A DNA stretch of 38,997 bases, taken from positions 1-38,997 of IMG/VR virus record IMGVR_UViG_3300012933_000306; one strand, written 5' to 3'. This DNA is from a virus. The translations under genes were made by a program, and so were the position numbers. How positions within the stretch are numbered: the stretch's first letter is position 1; each line of letters begins with the position of its first letter. Positions 1 through 9,441 of this stretch are shown in pieces. Under the pieces are notes generated by a model that saw only the letters and a list, made by a program, of their open reading frames with translations, did no database searches and was not told the DNA's origin.

Positions 1-55
1 AAAAAAATAGCTACAAGCCCATCTTTATTTAACATAGATTTATTTTTTTACACTT
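1..55. repeat. Terminal direct repeat, identical to 38943..38997 (circular-assembly overlap or terminal redundancy)
   Basis: Read directly: aaaaaaatagctacaagcccatctttatttaacatagatttatttttttacactt occurs at both window ends. The reading frame is continuous across the join. Confidence 0.95.
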
Positions 56-2424
56 CAACAGGTAGACGTTTTGATTTATTAGTTAATCGTTTAGTGGATA
101 TAAATGATCCAGATATTATACAGATTGGGGGTACTCCTACGCCTCCTATACCTATTGGGGGTAGACCTCCTCGAAATTATACTTACATTGCTGAAATGCA
201 AATTGATTTATTAGCTGAAGAACGTATTTTTTTAGTAATGAAAAGATATCAAACAGCTAGCGCAGATTATACAATGGTTATTCAAGGGGGTACTCAAGCT
301 AGTTTAATTGATCCTAAAGGACTTTATAATACGAAATTAAATTTTCGTACAAATACAAAAAAAACAGCTACAACGGCTTTAGGCTTTTCGCCTTTAACTA
401 TTTGGAAAACCTTAATTGATAAAATTACTGAAGGTCAATTTACTGCTGAAAGTGTTTATTTTACGGAAAATAAAAATATTAAATTATTTTCAGGAGAATC
501 TTTAAGGAATATACCTGCTGCTAAGTTTAAGACAAGCCTAGAAGATTTTTTCAATTTTTACGATGCTATTTTGCCAATGGGCATAAGAATAGACGGAAAT
601 GTGGTTTATATGGAGCCGTTAACAGATCTTTATGGCGATGGCGCAGACATTTTAGACTTTGGAGAGTTAAGCAAAGTAGAAATAAATTATGCTTTTAATG
701 CTTTAGCTAATTTATCTAAATTTGGGCATACTACTTTAACATCTGAAGAAATTGCAGGCATTAGCGATTTTAATGGCATAAATCAATTCCTGTTACCTAT
801 AACAGCTTTGAAAAAAGAACTTAATAAAACAGGTAAGTACATTGCTTCTGTTTATGACATAGAGGTTACTAGACAAGCAACAAGCGTTTTAAACAATGAT
901 AGTCAAAAAGCTGATAACAATATTTTTGTTGCTAATGTTTCAGAAGATACAGACGAAAATGGCAATAAACTTCTTTATAGAAAAGTTTATAGTGAAATAA
1001 GTGGGGTAGTTAATCCTGATGATATTTACAATATAGAACAATTGACTCCAGCACGTATGCTTAGAGCAAATGGCCCAATACTTCGTCCGATTGTAGAACA
1101 ACAAGGTAACAATGCAATTCAATTCATATCTAGCAATAAGAACGGGCAATTAATTACAAATGAAGGTGGGGTTATTATAGATGAAAGGGCAAATGTGCCT
1201 TATACTGATTTAGGGCCTGGCTTATGGCATGCCTTAGATTTAAACTTTGTGGTTCCTACTCCTATGGCTTTTGCAAGCCAATTAGTTGCAGTAAATAAAG
1301 GCATTTGTAAAGGGCGATATATGGGCAATGAGATTAAGTTTTTGCCAATTGGCGAAATGAAATCTAAGCCTGCAACCGAGGAAACGCAGGAAATGCGAAT
1401 GAGGCTATCCACATTAACGCCTTTAGCTGTAATTAATTCTTTATCTTTGGCTGGTACATTTTCAATTGACAGTATGAATAACACTATTTTTATATCCGAC
1501 TTAAATAGCTTTCATTTTAGTAAGGTTAATAACGGCCTTCCTGCAAGTGTTACCTATAAAGGCATTTATGATGCTCCTTTTGAAAATAGACAAAATTTAA
1601 ACGAGTACCCTCGTAAATACTTACAAAAATGGGCTAAAACAGAGGAATTAGTGCAATTGCAATTTGTAACTAGCGGCTATGATCTTTTATCAGTAGTTCT
1701 AGTTGACTATTATGGTAATCTAGTTGAAGGACATACCTGCTCTATTGCAACTAACCCAGGAGTACTTTTACCTTATGTTTTACAAGAAGTTGAAATAGAT
1801 ATTAGCGGTTTAGATGACGGCATTTATAAATGGGTTATTATGGATGGACAAAATAAACTATTCCGTTCAGAGTGGTTTAATTTAGCAGAGGAGTGGTACG
1901 ATACTTTCCTATTTGAGTATTCAGATACTACAAATAAGTACAATACATATTTTAGCCCTACTTTTACACCAAAAATTCGTGTAGAAGCTAACTTTTTACC
2001 TTTGCAACCCCAATCAGAAAGCACAGAATATGTTGATGATATACATGATGTTGAAATGCTAGATGGCACAACTTGGGATCAATTAACATTGGTTTTAGGT
2101 GGTAAAAGCATTATTCCTGGGGAGAGTCAAGGCATTCCTGATTGGATGGCTAGAAAGCTTAATTATATTTTGCTTTTAAACCAATGCGTTATTGAGAATG
2201 TAAAATATAGCAAAGCAAAAGCAGAAAACATTGAACCTGTACTTACTAGCTTTATGCCGCTTAATGTTTACACAATTGATGTTGTACCTGCTACTGCTGG
2301 AACAGGATTAGTTTACGAAGGCGTACCTACTCCTATGACAACAAGCTTTGTGGCGACTATGGATGCAAGTAGCTTTGGTATTGCAGGGGATGAAATTATT
2401 GATATTGAAGTAATAAATGATTAA
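1..2424 (+). CDS. Tail tip/baseplate structural protein, 3' part of the wrap-around gene
   Basis: Frame 1 is open from nt 1, and the track ORF 94..2424 only begins at an internal GTG. The gene lies directly downstream of the tape measure gene on the circular map, the usual position for distal tail/tail-associated proteins. Confidence 0.8.
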   Translation, partial: KKIATSPSLFNIDLFFYTSTGRRFDLLVNRLVDINDPDIIQIGGTPTPPIPIGGRPPRNYTYIAEMQIDLLAEERIFLVMKRYQTASADYTMVIQGGTQASLIDPKGLYNTKLNFRTNTKKTATTALGFSPLTIWKTLIDKITEGQFTAESVYFTENKNIKLFSGESLRNIPAAKFKTSLEDFFNFYDAILPMGIRIDGNVVYMEPLTDLYGDGADILDFGELSKVEINYAFNALANLSKFGHTTLTSEEIAGISDFNGINQFLLPITALKKELNKTGKYIASVYDIEVTRQATSVLNNDSQKADNNIFVANVSEDTDENGNKLLYRKVYSEISGVVNPDDIYNIEQLTPARMLRANGPILRPIVEQQGNNAIQFISSNKNGQLITNEGGVIIDERANVPYTDLGPGLWHALDLNFVVPTPMAFASQLVAVNKGICKGRYMGNEIKFLPIGEMKSKPATEETQEMRMRLSTLTPLAVINSLSLAGTFSIDSMNNTIFISDLNSFHFSKVNNGLPASVTYKGIYDAPFENRQNLNEYPRKYLQKWAKTEELVQLQFVTSGYDLLSVVLVDYYGNLVEGHTCSIATNPGVLLPYVLQEVEIDISGLDDGIYKWVIMDGQNKLFRSEWFNLAEEWYDTFLFEYSDTTNKYNTYFSPTFTPKIRVEANFLPLQPQSESTEYVDDIHDVEMLDGTTWDQLTLVLGGKSIIPGESQGIPDWMARKLNYILLLNQCVIENVKYSKAKAENIEPVLTSFMPLNVYTIDVVPATAGTGLVYEGVPTPMTTSFVATMDASSFGIAGDEIIDIEVIND

Positions 2425-2429
2425 AAAAT

Positions 2430-3809
2430 ATGGCTACTGTAACACCTAGAATTTACACGGGGGCTTTTCCTACGATAAGCAATCCAATAAAATACGCGCT
2501 ATTTGCTGCATCTGATCCATTGGCAGAAGTAGAAAGCCAAACCTTTGCTGCGCCTCATCCTGTGAGAGCAGTTAGTTTTCCAGGATTGGAAAGGATTAAT
2601 TACATTTTGCGCATTTACGAAATGGTAGGTGGCATACCTGTTAGAACTTTAGTTGATGACTTTAATTTTAACCCTGATAATAACGAAATAGCCTATAAAG
2701 CCCCTGAAATTATTGTATGTGGATTGACTCCTGGTTTTAATCCAGGGGCAGGAAGTTTTGTATTTGATGGTACTGATGGAAAACCTGATTGGCGCAATTG
2801 GACTCCTATTATGCAGCCTCCAGGATTTTCGCCTTGGTTAGAAGGTTACAATTATACATGGGATGTACTTACAGGTACTTTAACTATGGTTGACGGCCAA
2901 ACATTTGAATCTGAATTTAGAGTATTAGCTGAATTTGAAACAATAGTAGATGCAGGTGCAACAGGTGGAGTTCCTAGCGGTAGAATGTTTAATGAGGTAT
3001 TAGAAGTTACAGCAAGCATTACTTTAACCCCTGATGATTTTGGTAAAAAAATATTAATTAACCCTGCTAGTACTTATTTAAAAATAACTATGCCTGCTAT
3101 TAGCACAGTAGTTCAGAATAAGACTATCTTTTTTGAAACAGGCGTTGATACGGGAACTGATTTTTGCGTTGAAATACAAGCAGAAGGATCGACACAATGG
3201 GCATTTGGAAAAGCAGGTCGCGGTTCTATGTTTATGGTAGCAAATGAAACGTTTACTTCTTATAGATATGGCGCAAGTTGGCATGTTCAAGATGCAGTAG
3301 GTAACTATAAAAATGTTGGAGAACAAACAGCAAGTGATGACGATGTGCTTTTTGGGGCTTTACAAATGATAGGGCAATCGATTAATTCTACTCAATACAA
3401 GCGTTTATACAATGATTTTGTATTACAGCTTCCTGCATCACAAGTTGTTCCTTATGCAAGTTGGGCAGCTAATCCGACTAAATGGTCTTATGTAGATGGT
3501 TCAGGAAACTTTAGAGTACCTGATAGACGCAATATGCATGAAAGAAATTCAAATGCTACAAATATTGCAGGAAACTATTTAGCACCTATGGTTGGCCCAC
3601 ATAAGCATTTAATATTTGGTAATAACTTGGCAGGAAATCCTGATGTTAGTTCAACAAGTGGCGCATCAAGAGGATATGCGGATGGCGGTAATTTAGGGTA
3701 TAGAGTATCAAAGTCTGATGGAGAAGCTTTATATGGCCTTACTGGAAACGGCACTGGAACAGAAAACTTTGTTAAGTCTTATTTTATTAATAGATTTGTA
3801 AAAATATAG
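2430..3809 (+). CDS. Tail fibre/receptor-binding protein with a C-terminal phage tail-collar-like region
   Basis: 459-aa ORF. The C-terminal segment GNFRVPDRRNMHERN...GNYLAPMVGPHKH resembles the tail-collar (Collar domain) pattern (F-x-PD-x-RG/N ... H-x-H). It sits between two tail genes. Confidence 0.7.
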   Translation: MATVTPRIYTGAFPTISNPIKYALFAASDPLAEVESQTFAAPHPVRAVSFPGLERINYILRIYEMVGGIPVRTLVDDFNFNPDNNEIAYKAPEIIVCGLTPGFNPGAGSFVFDGTDGKPDWRNWTPIMQPPGFSPWLEGYNYTWDVLTGTLTMVDGQTFESEFRVLAEFETIVDAGATGGVPSGRMFNEVLEVTASITLTPDDFGKKILINPASTYLKITMPAISTVVQNKTIFFETGVDTGTDFCVEIQAEGSTQWAFGKAGRGSMFMVANETFTSYRYGASWHVQDAVGNYKNVGEQTASDDDVLFGALQMIGQSINSTQYKRLYNDFVLQLPASQVVPYASWAANPTKWSYVDGSGNFRVPDRRNMHERNSNATNIAGNYLAPMVGPHKHLIFGNNLAGNPDVSSTSGASRGYADGGNLGYRVSKSDGEALYGLTGNGTGTENFVKSYFINRFVKI

Positions 3810-3811
3810 AT

Positions 3812-6800
3812 ATGAAAAAATATTTGTTGATTATAGGATTTTTACTGACTTCTTTTGTATCTTTTTCACAAGTAATCCCAAAACCTAACCCAACTGCGGT
3901 TGGTATTGGATATAAAAGACTTTTAGCTGATAGTACAATATTTATCCCAACGGGAGGAGCAATCCCTAGATTGGGTTCTAATAACATTAATAGACGTAGC
4001 GCTATTTATGCAGATACAATAAATAAAAGATTATGGGTATTTTATCCTAATGACAGTACATGGAAAGTAGCAGGATTGACTAAGATAACTTGGGATAGCG
4101 TTACAAATAAGCCTACCTATTTTCTTACTAAATACGATAGTTCAACTGATATTAAAGATAGCATACAAGCTCGTTTAGCATTAAGAGATACTGCTAATAT
4201 GCTTAGTCCTTACATTAAAATAGTGGACGTACATGGTTTGCCTGTGGGTGGAACTACGGGGCAAATACTTGCTAAAATTGATGAAACTGATTATAATACC
4301 CAATGGATAGATAATTATACTGGCGATATAAGACAATATGTAAAAGCGGGAGAAGCGATTAATAAAGGTCAAGCCGTATATGTAAGTAGCGCTGATGGTA
4401 CAAATATTATTGTTAGTAAAGCATCAAACGCCTCTGAATCTACTTCAAGTAAAACGTTAGGATTATTATACCAAACATTAGCTTTAAATGGTCAAGGTTT
4501 TGTTATTACAGAAGGTAGGTTAGAAGGACTTAATACTTTAGGCGCTACGGCAGGCGATCCTGTTTGGTTAGGAACCAACGGTAATTTAATTTTTGGTTTA
4601 GCTAATAAACCTTATGCCCCTGCACATTTAGTGTATATTGGGGTAGTAAGTAGAGTAAACGCAAATAATGGCGAAATTTTAGTTAAAATACAAAATGGGT
4701 TTGAACTTAAAGAATTACATGACGTTTCAGCTCAATCGCCTTCAAATAACGATGGTATATTTTATAATAGCAGTAATTCACTTTGGGAAACTAAATCTAT
4801 TGCAACTGCTTTAGGTTATACCCCTGCTAATGCTGCTACATACGTGCCTTATACAGGGGCAACGACTGATGTGGATTTAGGAAATCATAATTTAAGCGCA
4901 AATTATAACATAACTTCTAAAAATAACATAAGTGGAAGATCTGTTTATGTTGATGGTAGCGTTACAAATAACGAAGGCAGTATATTAGGATTTAAGCAAT
5001 ATCCTTCTACTTTTGGGGGGGATTTTAAAGTAACTGCTTTATCAGCGCTTAATAATAACAGCTTAGGCCTAACATATTGGCACGACTCATTACCAACAGG
5101 GCAATTAAGATACAAATCAATTTCTTTAAGGACAGACAGTTTAACTATTAATGTTGGTCGTACTTATTATTGGCCTAATGTATCGGGTACTTTAGCACTT
5201 TTAGAAGGAACGCAAACATTTAGTGGGCTAAAAACATTCTCTAATAGTACAACTAATTTTAATAATCCCGCTGCTAATGGCATAAATACTCTAACTTTTA
5301 AAAGCGCTTCTGTTACTGATGCTATAATAAGCATTGATACAAACTTTACCCAATTTCAAAGTTTTGGAAATTATGGGTATTTATTTAAAATGAGAGATGG
5401 ATCAAATGGACTTGCTATTAGAAATGACGGGTCAGGATTTCAATTAAATTTACCATTTTCGGGATCATTGGGGCTATTTTCAAGTTTTGTTAGGGCGTCT
5501 GCATACAAATTATCGGGAATGGAAGCTGGATCAGGCGCATTATATTGGACATCTGATAGAGTTACATTAGCTAATTATAATGCAACTGGAGTAGTACATA
5601 TTGAAGCAAATGGCGGTACTGGAGTGGCTACTTTTGGGGGAGCTACTTATAATAATGACTTTGTAGGTACAGGAAGATTTACGGGGGCATTAACTGGTAC
5701 AAGTGCTACTTTATCTAGTGATTTAACAGTCAATGGGGAAATAATATCAAACAACTATTTAAGACTTGCTGCTGGATTTGCTATTGCAAACAATATGGGC
5801 GTAAATTCTAGGGCTGATCATAGTAATATTTCTGTTCTATTATCCCCTGGTCAGCATTCATTAATGTTTTGGACAAATACTGACTGGTCTAGTAAATTAG
5901 TTTTTACACCTAGTGCAAATAGAACTTTTACTTTTCCTAATGCTTCAGGTACAATAGCATTGACAAGCGATTTAGGTTCTTATTTACCTTTAGTTGGCGG
6001 TATATTGACTGGAAAACTTGCAGGGGTTAATTTAGAGTTTTCAAATCCATCGGCACCGTTTGTTTCAGGCGGGGTAATTAATAGCAGTTCAACGCAAACT
6101 ATTGCAGTACCTAACGGTAGCACATGGTCAAACGGTTCAGTATTTTCTGCTAGCAATAACACACAGATTTTAAACTTTGCAGGCAGCCAATCAATACAAA
6201 ATGGATCGGTTGTGGCGGGTACGGTTAATGTGAATAGAATTTCATTCACTGCTGGCAGTTCTACTATATCAATGGCACAGTCTACTGGTATTAGAGCAAT
6301 GGCAGGGATGCAGATGCTACAACAAACAGGCGGCACAATCAATGGTACTGTATCACATGGCGCTTCTATGTTTGTTCAAGGCGTATATCCTTCAAATACT
6401 GCAAACGTAACTTTCTCAAACTATTATGGCCTATTGATGAACCCTTTGGATGAGTGGGGAGGCGTAACGTTCACTAATCGTTGGGGTATTTACCAATCAG
6501 GTGCTAGTGATAAGAATTATTTTAACGGTAACCTTTTAGTAAAAAGCACTACTGATAATGGGTCAGCTTTGCAAGTTACTGGTGCTGCTACATTCTCAAG
6601 TAGTGTAACGGCAGGGCAATTAATTGCTGGCGGTGGTGGCTCAACGGGAGGTGCTTATGCGTATTTAAGCACATCAGTAAATGGCTTGCCTGCTACAAGT
6701 GGCACAACACAAACTGCTGGTGCTTTAAGATTAAGAGGTGGAGATAATGCTGTTTTAGATTTTGGACTTAATAGTGTTGACACTTGGTTACAAGCAACAG

Positions 6801-7552
6801 ATTTGTCAAGCTTAGGAACATACTACAAAATTTTATTAAATCCTAGAGGCGGTAACGTAGGAGTAGGAATGAGCAACCCTGATCAAAAATTTACAATTAA
6901 TCAAGGCGCAACAGGAACAGGGCAAGGGATACCCGCAACAAGTGGCACAACACAAAATGGCATACTAAGATTAAGACCTGCTGTTGGGGTTTATGGCGAA
7001 ACATTTGATTTTGGGATGAATGTAGCTTCTACTTATGCATGGATGCAAGCTACAAATGCAAGCGGATTAGGTACAAATTATGCTATTGCGATAAACCCTA
7101 ATGGGGGTAACGTATTAATAGGTACTTCAACAGATAATGGCGTAGATAAATTACAAGTAAATGGCACGATAGCTGCAACTTCTCTAAAATTAGGTGGAGA
7201 TTACGCAAATACAATTACAACTACTACTGGATTCAGTAGTTTCCAAACATTAATACCTACGGGAGTTTTAGCTCCAAATGCTTTATATGTAATTTATGTT
7301 AATTACTCAGTTAATGGTGGGCCTTATAATGTTACAACCTCATTTACCTATATACCTTGTAATACAAATGGAGGAGGAGTAGATAATACATTTACGCCAA
7401 TGACTACTACACACCAAGGCGGAACTGCTACTATGGATGTAAGATCATTTGCAGGTTCAGGTCAACCTGCGGCAGGTTTACAATTAAGAATTAATGGCGT
7501 GAATGTATCTACTAATGGAAGCGTAGTAGTAAGAGCTATAAGATTACAATAA
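3812..7552 (+). CDS. Large tail fibre-like protein (1,246 aa) with an N-terminal Sec-type signal-peptide-like segment and internal repeats
   Basis: Fibre-type motifs are present: YYWPNVSGTLALLEG, FTFPNASGTIALTSDL and repeated GGNVGVG/GGNVLIGT...KLQVNG. There is a tandem ~80-aa duplication near the C-terminus. The N-terminus is MKKYLLIIGFLLTSFVSFSQ. Confidence 0.8.
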   Translation: MKKYLLIIGFLLTSFVSFSQVIPKPNPTAVGIGYKRLLADSTIFIPTGGAIPRLGSNNINRRSAIYADTINKRLWVFYPNDSTWKVAGLTKITWDSVTNKPTYFLTKYDSSTDIKDSIQARLALRDTANMLSPYIKIVDVHGLPVGGTTGQILAKIDETDYNTQWIDNYTGDIRQYVKAGEAINKGQAVYVSSADGTNIIVSKASNASESTSSKTLGLLYQTLALNGQGFVITEGRLEGLNTLGATAGDPVWLGTNGNLIFGLANKPYAPAHLVYIGVVSRVNANNGEILVKIQNGFELKELHDVSAQSPSNNDGIFYNSSNSLWETKSIATALGYTPANAATYVPYTGATTDVDLGNHNLSANYNITSKNNISGRSVYVDGSVTNNEGSILGFKQYPSTFGGDFKVTALSALNNNSLGLTYWHDSLPTGQLRYKSISLRTDSLTINVGRTYYWPNVSGTLALLEGTQTFSGLKTFSNSTTNFNNPAANGINTLTFKSASVTDAIISIDTNFTQFQSFGNYGYLFKMRDGSNGLAIRNDGSGFQLNLPFSGSLGLFSSFVRASAYKLSGMEAGSGALYWTSDRVTLANYNATGVVHIEANGGTGVATFGGATYNNDFVGTGRFTGALTGTSATLSSDLTVNGEIISNNYLRLAAGFAIANNMGVNSRADHSNISVLLSPGQHSLMFWTNTDWSSKLVFTPSANRTFTFPNASGTIALTSDLGSYLPLVGGILTGKLAGVNLEFSNPSAPFVSGGVINSSSTQTIAVPNGSTWSNGSVFSASNNTQILNFAGSQSIQNGSVVAGTVNVNRISFTAGSSTISMAQSTGIRAMAGMQMLQQTGGTINGTVSHGASMFVQGVYPSNTANVTFSNYYGLLMNPLDEWGGVTFTNRWGIYQSGASDKNYFNGNLLVKSTTDNGSALQVTGAATFSSSVTAGQLIAGGGGSTGGAYAYLSTSVNGLPATSGTTQTAGALRLRGGDNAVLDFGLNSVDTWLQATDLSSLGTYYKILLNPRGGNVGVGMSNPDQKFTINQGATGTGQGIPATSGTTQNGILRLRPAVGVYGETFDFGMNVASTYAWMQATNASGLGTNYAIAINPNGGNVLIGTSTDNGVDKLQVNGTIAATSLKLGGDYANTITTTTGFSSFQTLIPTGVLAPNALYVIYVNYSVNGGPYNVTTSFTYIPCNTNGGGVDNTFTPMTTTHQGGTATMDVRSFAGSGQPAAGLQLRINGVNVSTNGSVVVRAIRLQ

Positions 7553-7580
7553 AATTTAAAAAACAAATAAACAAACAATA

Positions 7581-7949
7581 ATGAAAAAACTATTCATTCT
7601 CGCATTCGTCCTAATAGGACTTAGTTCACAAGCTCAAACAAAAGTAGCAATTGGTAAAGATTCAATCTTTGTACCATTAGGTGCAATTGTAATTAACCCT
7701 GTTATTGCAAACGCACAAGGCGATACTGCATGGACTTTAAACTTTTATGCTTTCGATGTAAAAGCTGATACGGTAAGCGGTTGTCAAACCCTTGTTACAT
7801 TGGCTAACAAAAACGGAGCTGCAATTGGGCAATTTAACCAACCGTTGCCTTCTGATATTGTGAATGCATGGAGAACTTCGCCTGATCCTGTTTATGACTA
7901 CATTTTGTTCATGAACCCAAGATTTATTCGTTATATTCCTAAAAAATAA
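7581..7949 (+). CDS. Small secreted protein (hypothetical)
   Basis: 122-aa ORF. The N-terminus MKKLFILAFVLIGLSSQAQ is a typical Sec signal with an AQ cleavage context. Confidence 0.7.
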   Translation: MKKLFILAFVLIGLSSQAQTKVAIGKDSIFVPLGAIVINPVIANAQGDTAWTLNFYAFDVKADTVSGCQTLVTLANKNGAAIGQFNQPLPSDIVNAWRTSPDPVYDYILFMNPRFIRYIPKK

Positions 7950-7957
7950 AAATCAAA

Positions 7958-8218
7958 ATGAAAAAAACAACAACAATCATTGCAGCACTTTTGTTAGCAA
8001 CAGCGTCTTTTGCACAAGAAAAGCCAAAAGACAGTTTAGTATTACAAATCACAATTGACACGACTACGTTTAAAAACATTATTCGTTTAATTGATGAAAA
8101 CATCGACTCACGTACTTTAACAGGTAAAATGGTTAAAGAGAGCATTTTAGCACCTTTAATGTCAAACTACCAATTAGTAGCTGATAAGCCTAAAGCATTA
8201 AAACCTACAAAAAACTAA
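7958..8218 (+). CDS. Small secreted protein (hypothetical)
   Basis: 86-aa ORF with the signal-like N-terminus MKKTTTIIAALLLATASFAQ. Confidence 0.7.
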   Translation: MKKTTTIIAALLLATASFAQEKPKDSLVLQITIDTTTFKNIIRLIDENIDSRTLTGKMVKESILAPLMSNYQLVADKPKALKPTKN

Positions 8219-8220
8219 GG

Positions 8221-8703
8221 ATGAAGTCTTTACTAACCATAAGCATACTTGCTGTACTTAATTTTAATTTTAATTTTTTACCAACAGGTACGCTTATGGT
8301 AGGTATTGGGCTTGCAATGGCCTTAGATCTATGTACGGGCATAATTAAGGCCATATTTAAAGATGAACAAAGAACTTCACAAGGTTATCGTAAGACAATT
8401 AAAAAGTTCACACAATACTTCGGGGCCATATCAATAGGCATTTTAGTTAGATACGCATTTAGGACTGAATTAGGCGCACCTGAATACCTTGTGTATGCTG
8501 ACTTTTTTAATAATAGTCTACTAATCTTTATCATCTTTATTGAGATAGTAAGCATACTTGAAAACATGCTTGAAATAGACAACAAAAGCCCTTTTGCAAA
8601 ATATTTTATTCGCCCAATGCTAAATATCTTAACTTTAGCACTTAAAAACAACTTTGTAGCTAAACAAGCGGATAAGTTGGAGGCAAATTCACAATCAAAA
8701 TAA
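8221..8703 (+). CDS. Holin (Phage_holin_4_1-like, multi-TM)
   Basis: 160 aa with several hydrophobic helices. Motifs ALDLCTGIIKA and IVSILENMLE are typical of this holin family. It is adjacent to the endolysin. Confidence 0.8.
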   Translation: MKSLLTISILAVLNFNFNFLPTGTLMVGIGLAMALDLCTGIIKAIFKDEQRTSQGYRKTIKKFTQYFGAISIGILVRYAFRTELGAPEYLVYADFFNNSLLIFIIFIEIVSILENMLEIDNKSPFAKYFIRPMLNILTLALKNNFVAKQADKLEANSQSK

Positions 8704-8710
8704 ACACAAT

Positions 8711-8863
8711 ATGAAGAACTGGAAAACAACTTTAGCAGGAGTTATTATTGCAGCTATTGCAGGTGCAACTTATTTACATTATTTGACTGCTGAACAAGCA
8801 GTAGCAATCACTGGAACTTTAACCGCTTTAGGTTTAATTTCAGCAGAAGATGCTAAAAAGTAA
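8711..8863 (+). CDS. Small membrane protein (50 aa; possible second holin or antiholin)
   Basis: Not in the ORF track (under 60 aa). Hand translation gives MKNWKTTLAGVIIAAIAGATYLHYLTAEQAVAITGTLTALGLISAEDAKK. It fills the gap between the holin and lipoprotein genes. Confidence 0.55.
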   Translation: MKNWKTTLAGVIIAAIAGATYLHYLTAEQAVAITGTLTALGLISAEDAKK

Positions 8864-8868
8864 GTAAG

Positions 8869-9441
8869 ATGCGACACATATTAATTTTATGCTTTATAGC
8901 TGTAATTGCTTCGTGCAGTACAGCTAGTAAAATACAGAAAGCTGAACAGCTTGTAATTACTAACCCGCAATCATTTGAGAAACTAGGCTTAAAATGGGCG
9001 GAGTTGAACCCTTGTGCCAATGACACAATCATTTCATTGGTGGAAGCAGCCATTGATTCCATCACATTTGCTGATTATCTTAAATACCTTAATACTAAAA
9101 ATGGGCCAACTAAAGCTGACTCAATTCCGTTAATGCTTAGACAAGCCTACTATTTTGGGTTTGATGAAGCTAAAAAGCAATATGGGTCGGTTAAGATACC
9201 TAAAGTAGAAAGAAAAACCGTTATTAAGACCGTTTTAGATACTCGCGGACTTAATAAGGCCAAAGACTCAATCAATAAATTAAACGCTGAAAAAGGAGCT
9301 TATTTAGGGCAAATAGGACAGCTCAATATTGAGCTTTCTAAATCGGATAAGAAATCTACTAAGTGGGTATTTTTATTCATAGGCGCTTTAGTATTATTTA
9401 TGGCATCTTTATACGTAAATATTCGCAAATATCTGATATGA
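8869..9441 (+). CDS. Lipoprotein with a C-terminal TM helix; unimolecular-spanin candidate
   Basis: N-terminal lipobox MRHILILCFIAVIASC, central coiled-coil-like stretch (NKLNAEKGAYLGQIGQLNIELSK) and C-terminal TM WVFLFIGALVLFMASLYV. ATGA overlap with the endolysin start. Confidence 0.65.
   Translation: MRHILILCFIAVIASCSTASKIQKAEQLVITNPQSFEKLGLKWAELNPCANDTIISLVEAAIDSITFADYLKYLNTKNGPTKADSIPLMLRQAYYFGFDEAKKQYGSVKIPKVERKTVIKTVLDTRGLNKAKDSINKLNAEKGAYLGQIGQLNIELSKSDKKSTKWVFLFIGALVLFMASLYVNIRKYLI

Noticed and set aside
940-2069. Minus-strand track ORFs inside the tail gene (940..1149, 1200..1484, 1824..2069). The same applies to other antisense ORFs: 3078..3326, 3787..3987, 4181..4372, 5980..6342, 7939..8145, 8385..8729, 8853..9065, 9300..9488, 9625..9825, 10608..10826, 14505..14753, 14943..15128, 16158..16367, 16533..16859, 19632..19844, 26551..26808, 27485..27676, 28086..28478, 29078..29335, 29514..29696, 29761..30024, 30000..30380, 30480..30716, 31209..31394 and 33484..33735.
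   Set aside because: All lie fully antisense to long + strand genes that have recognisable motifs. Their products are low-complexity or Cys/Ile/Phe-rich, as expected from shadow frames in AT-rich DNA. None has independent support.
6680-7160. Diversity-generating retroelement (template/variable repeat pair) as an explanation for the fibre repeats.
   Set aside because: No reverse transcriptase or accessory gene exists anywhere in the genome. Both copies are in-frame parts of the same protein and differ at all base types rather than only at adenines.
9363-9437. Track start of the endolysin ORF at 9363.
   Set aside because: The extension overlaps the lipoprotein gene's C-terminal TM-coding region and encodes implausible sequence. 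The ATG at 9438 forms an ATGA junction with the upstream stop.
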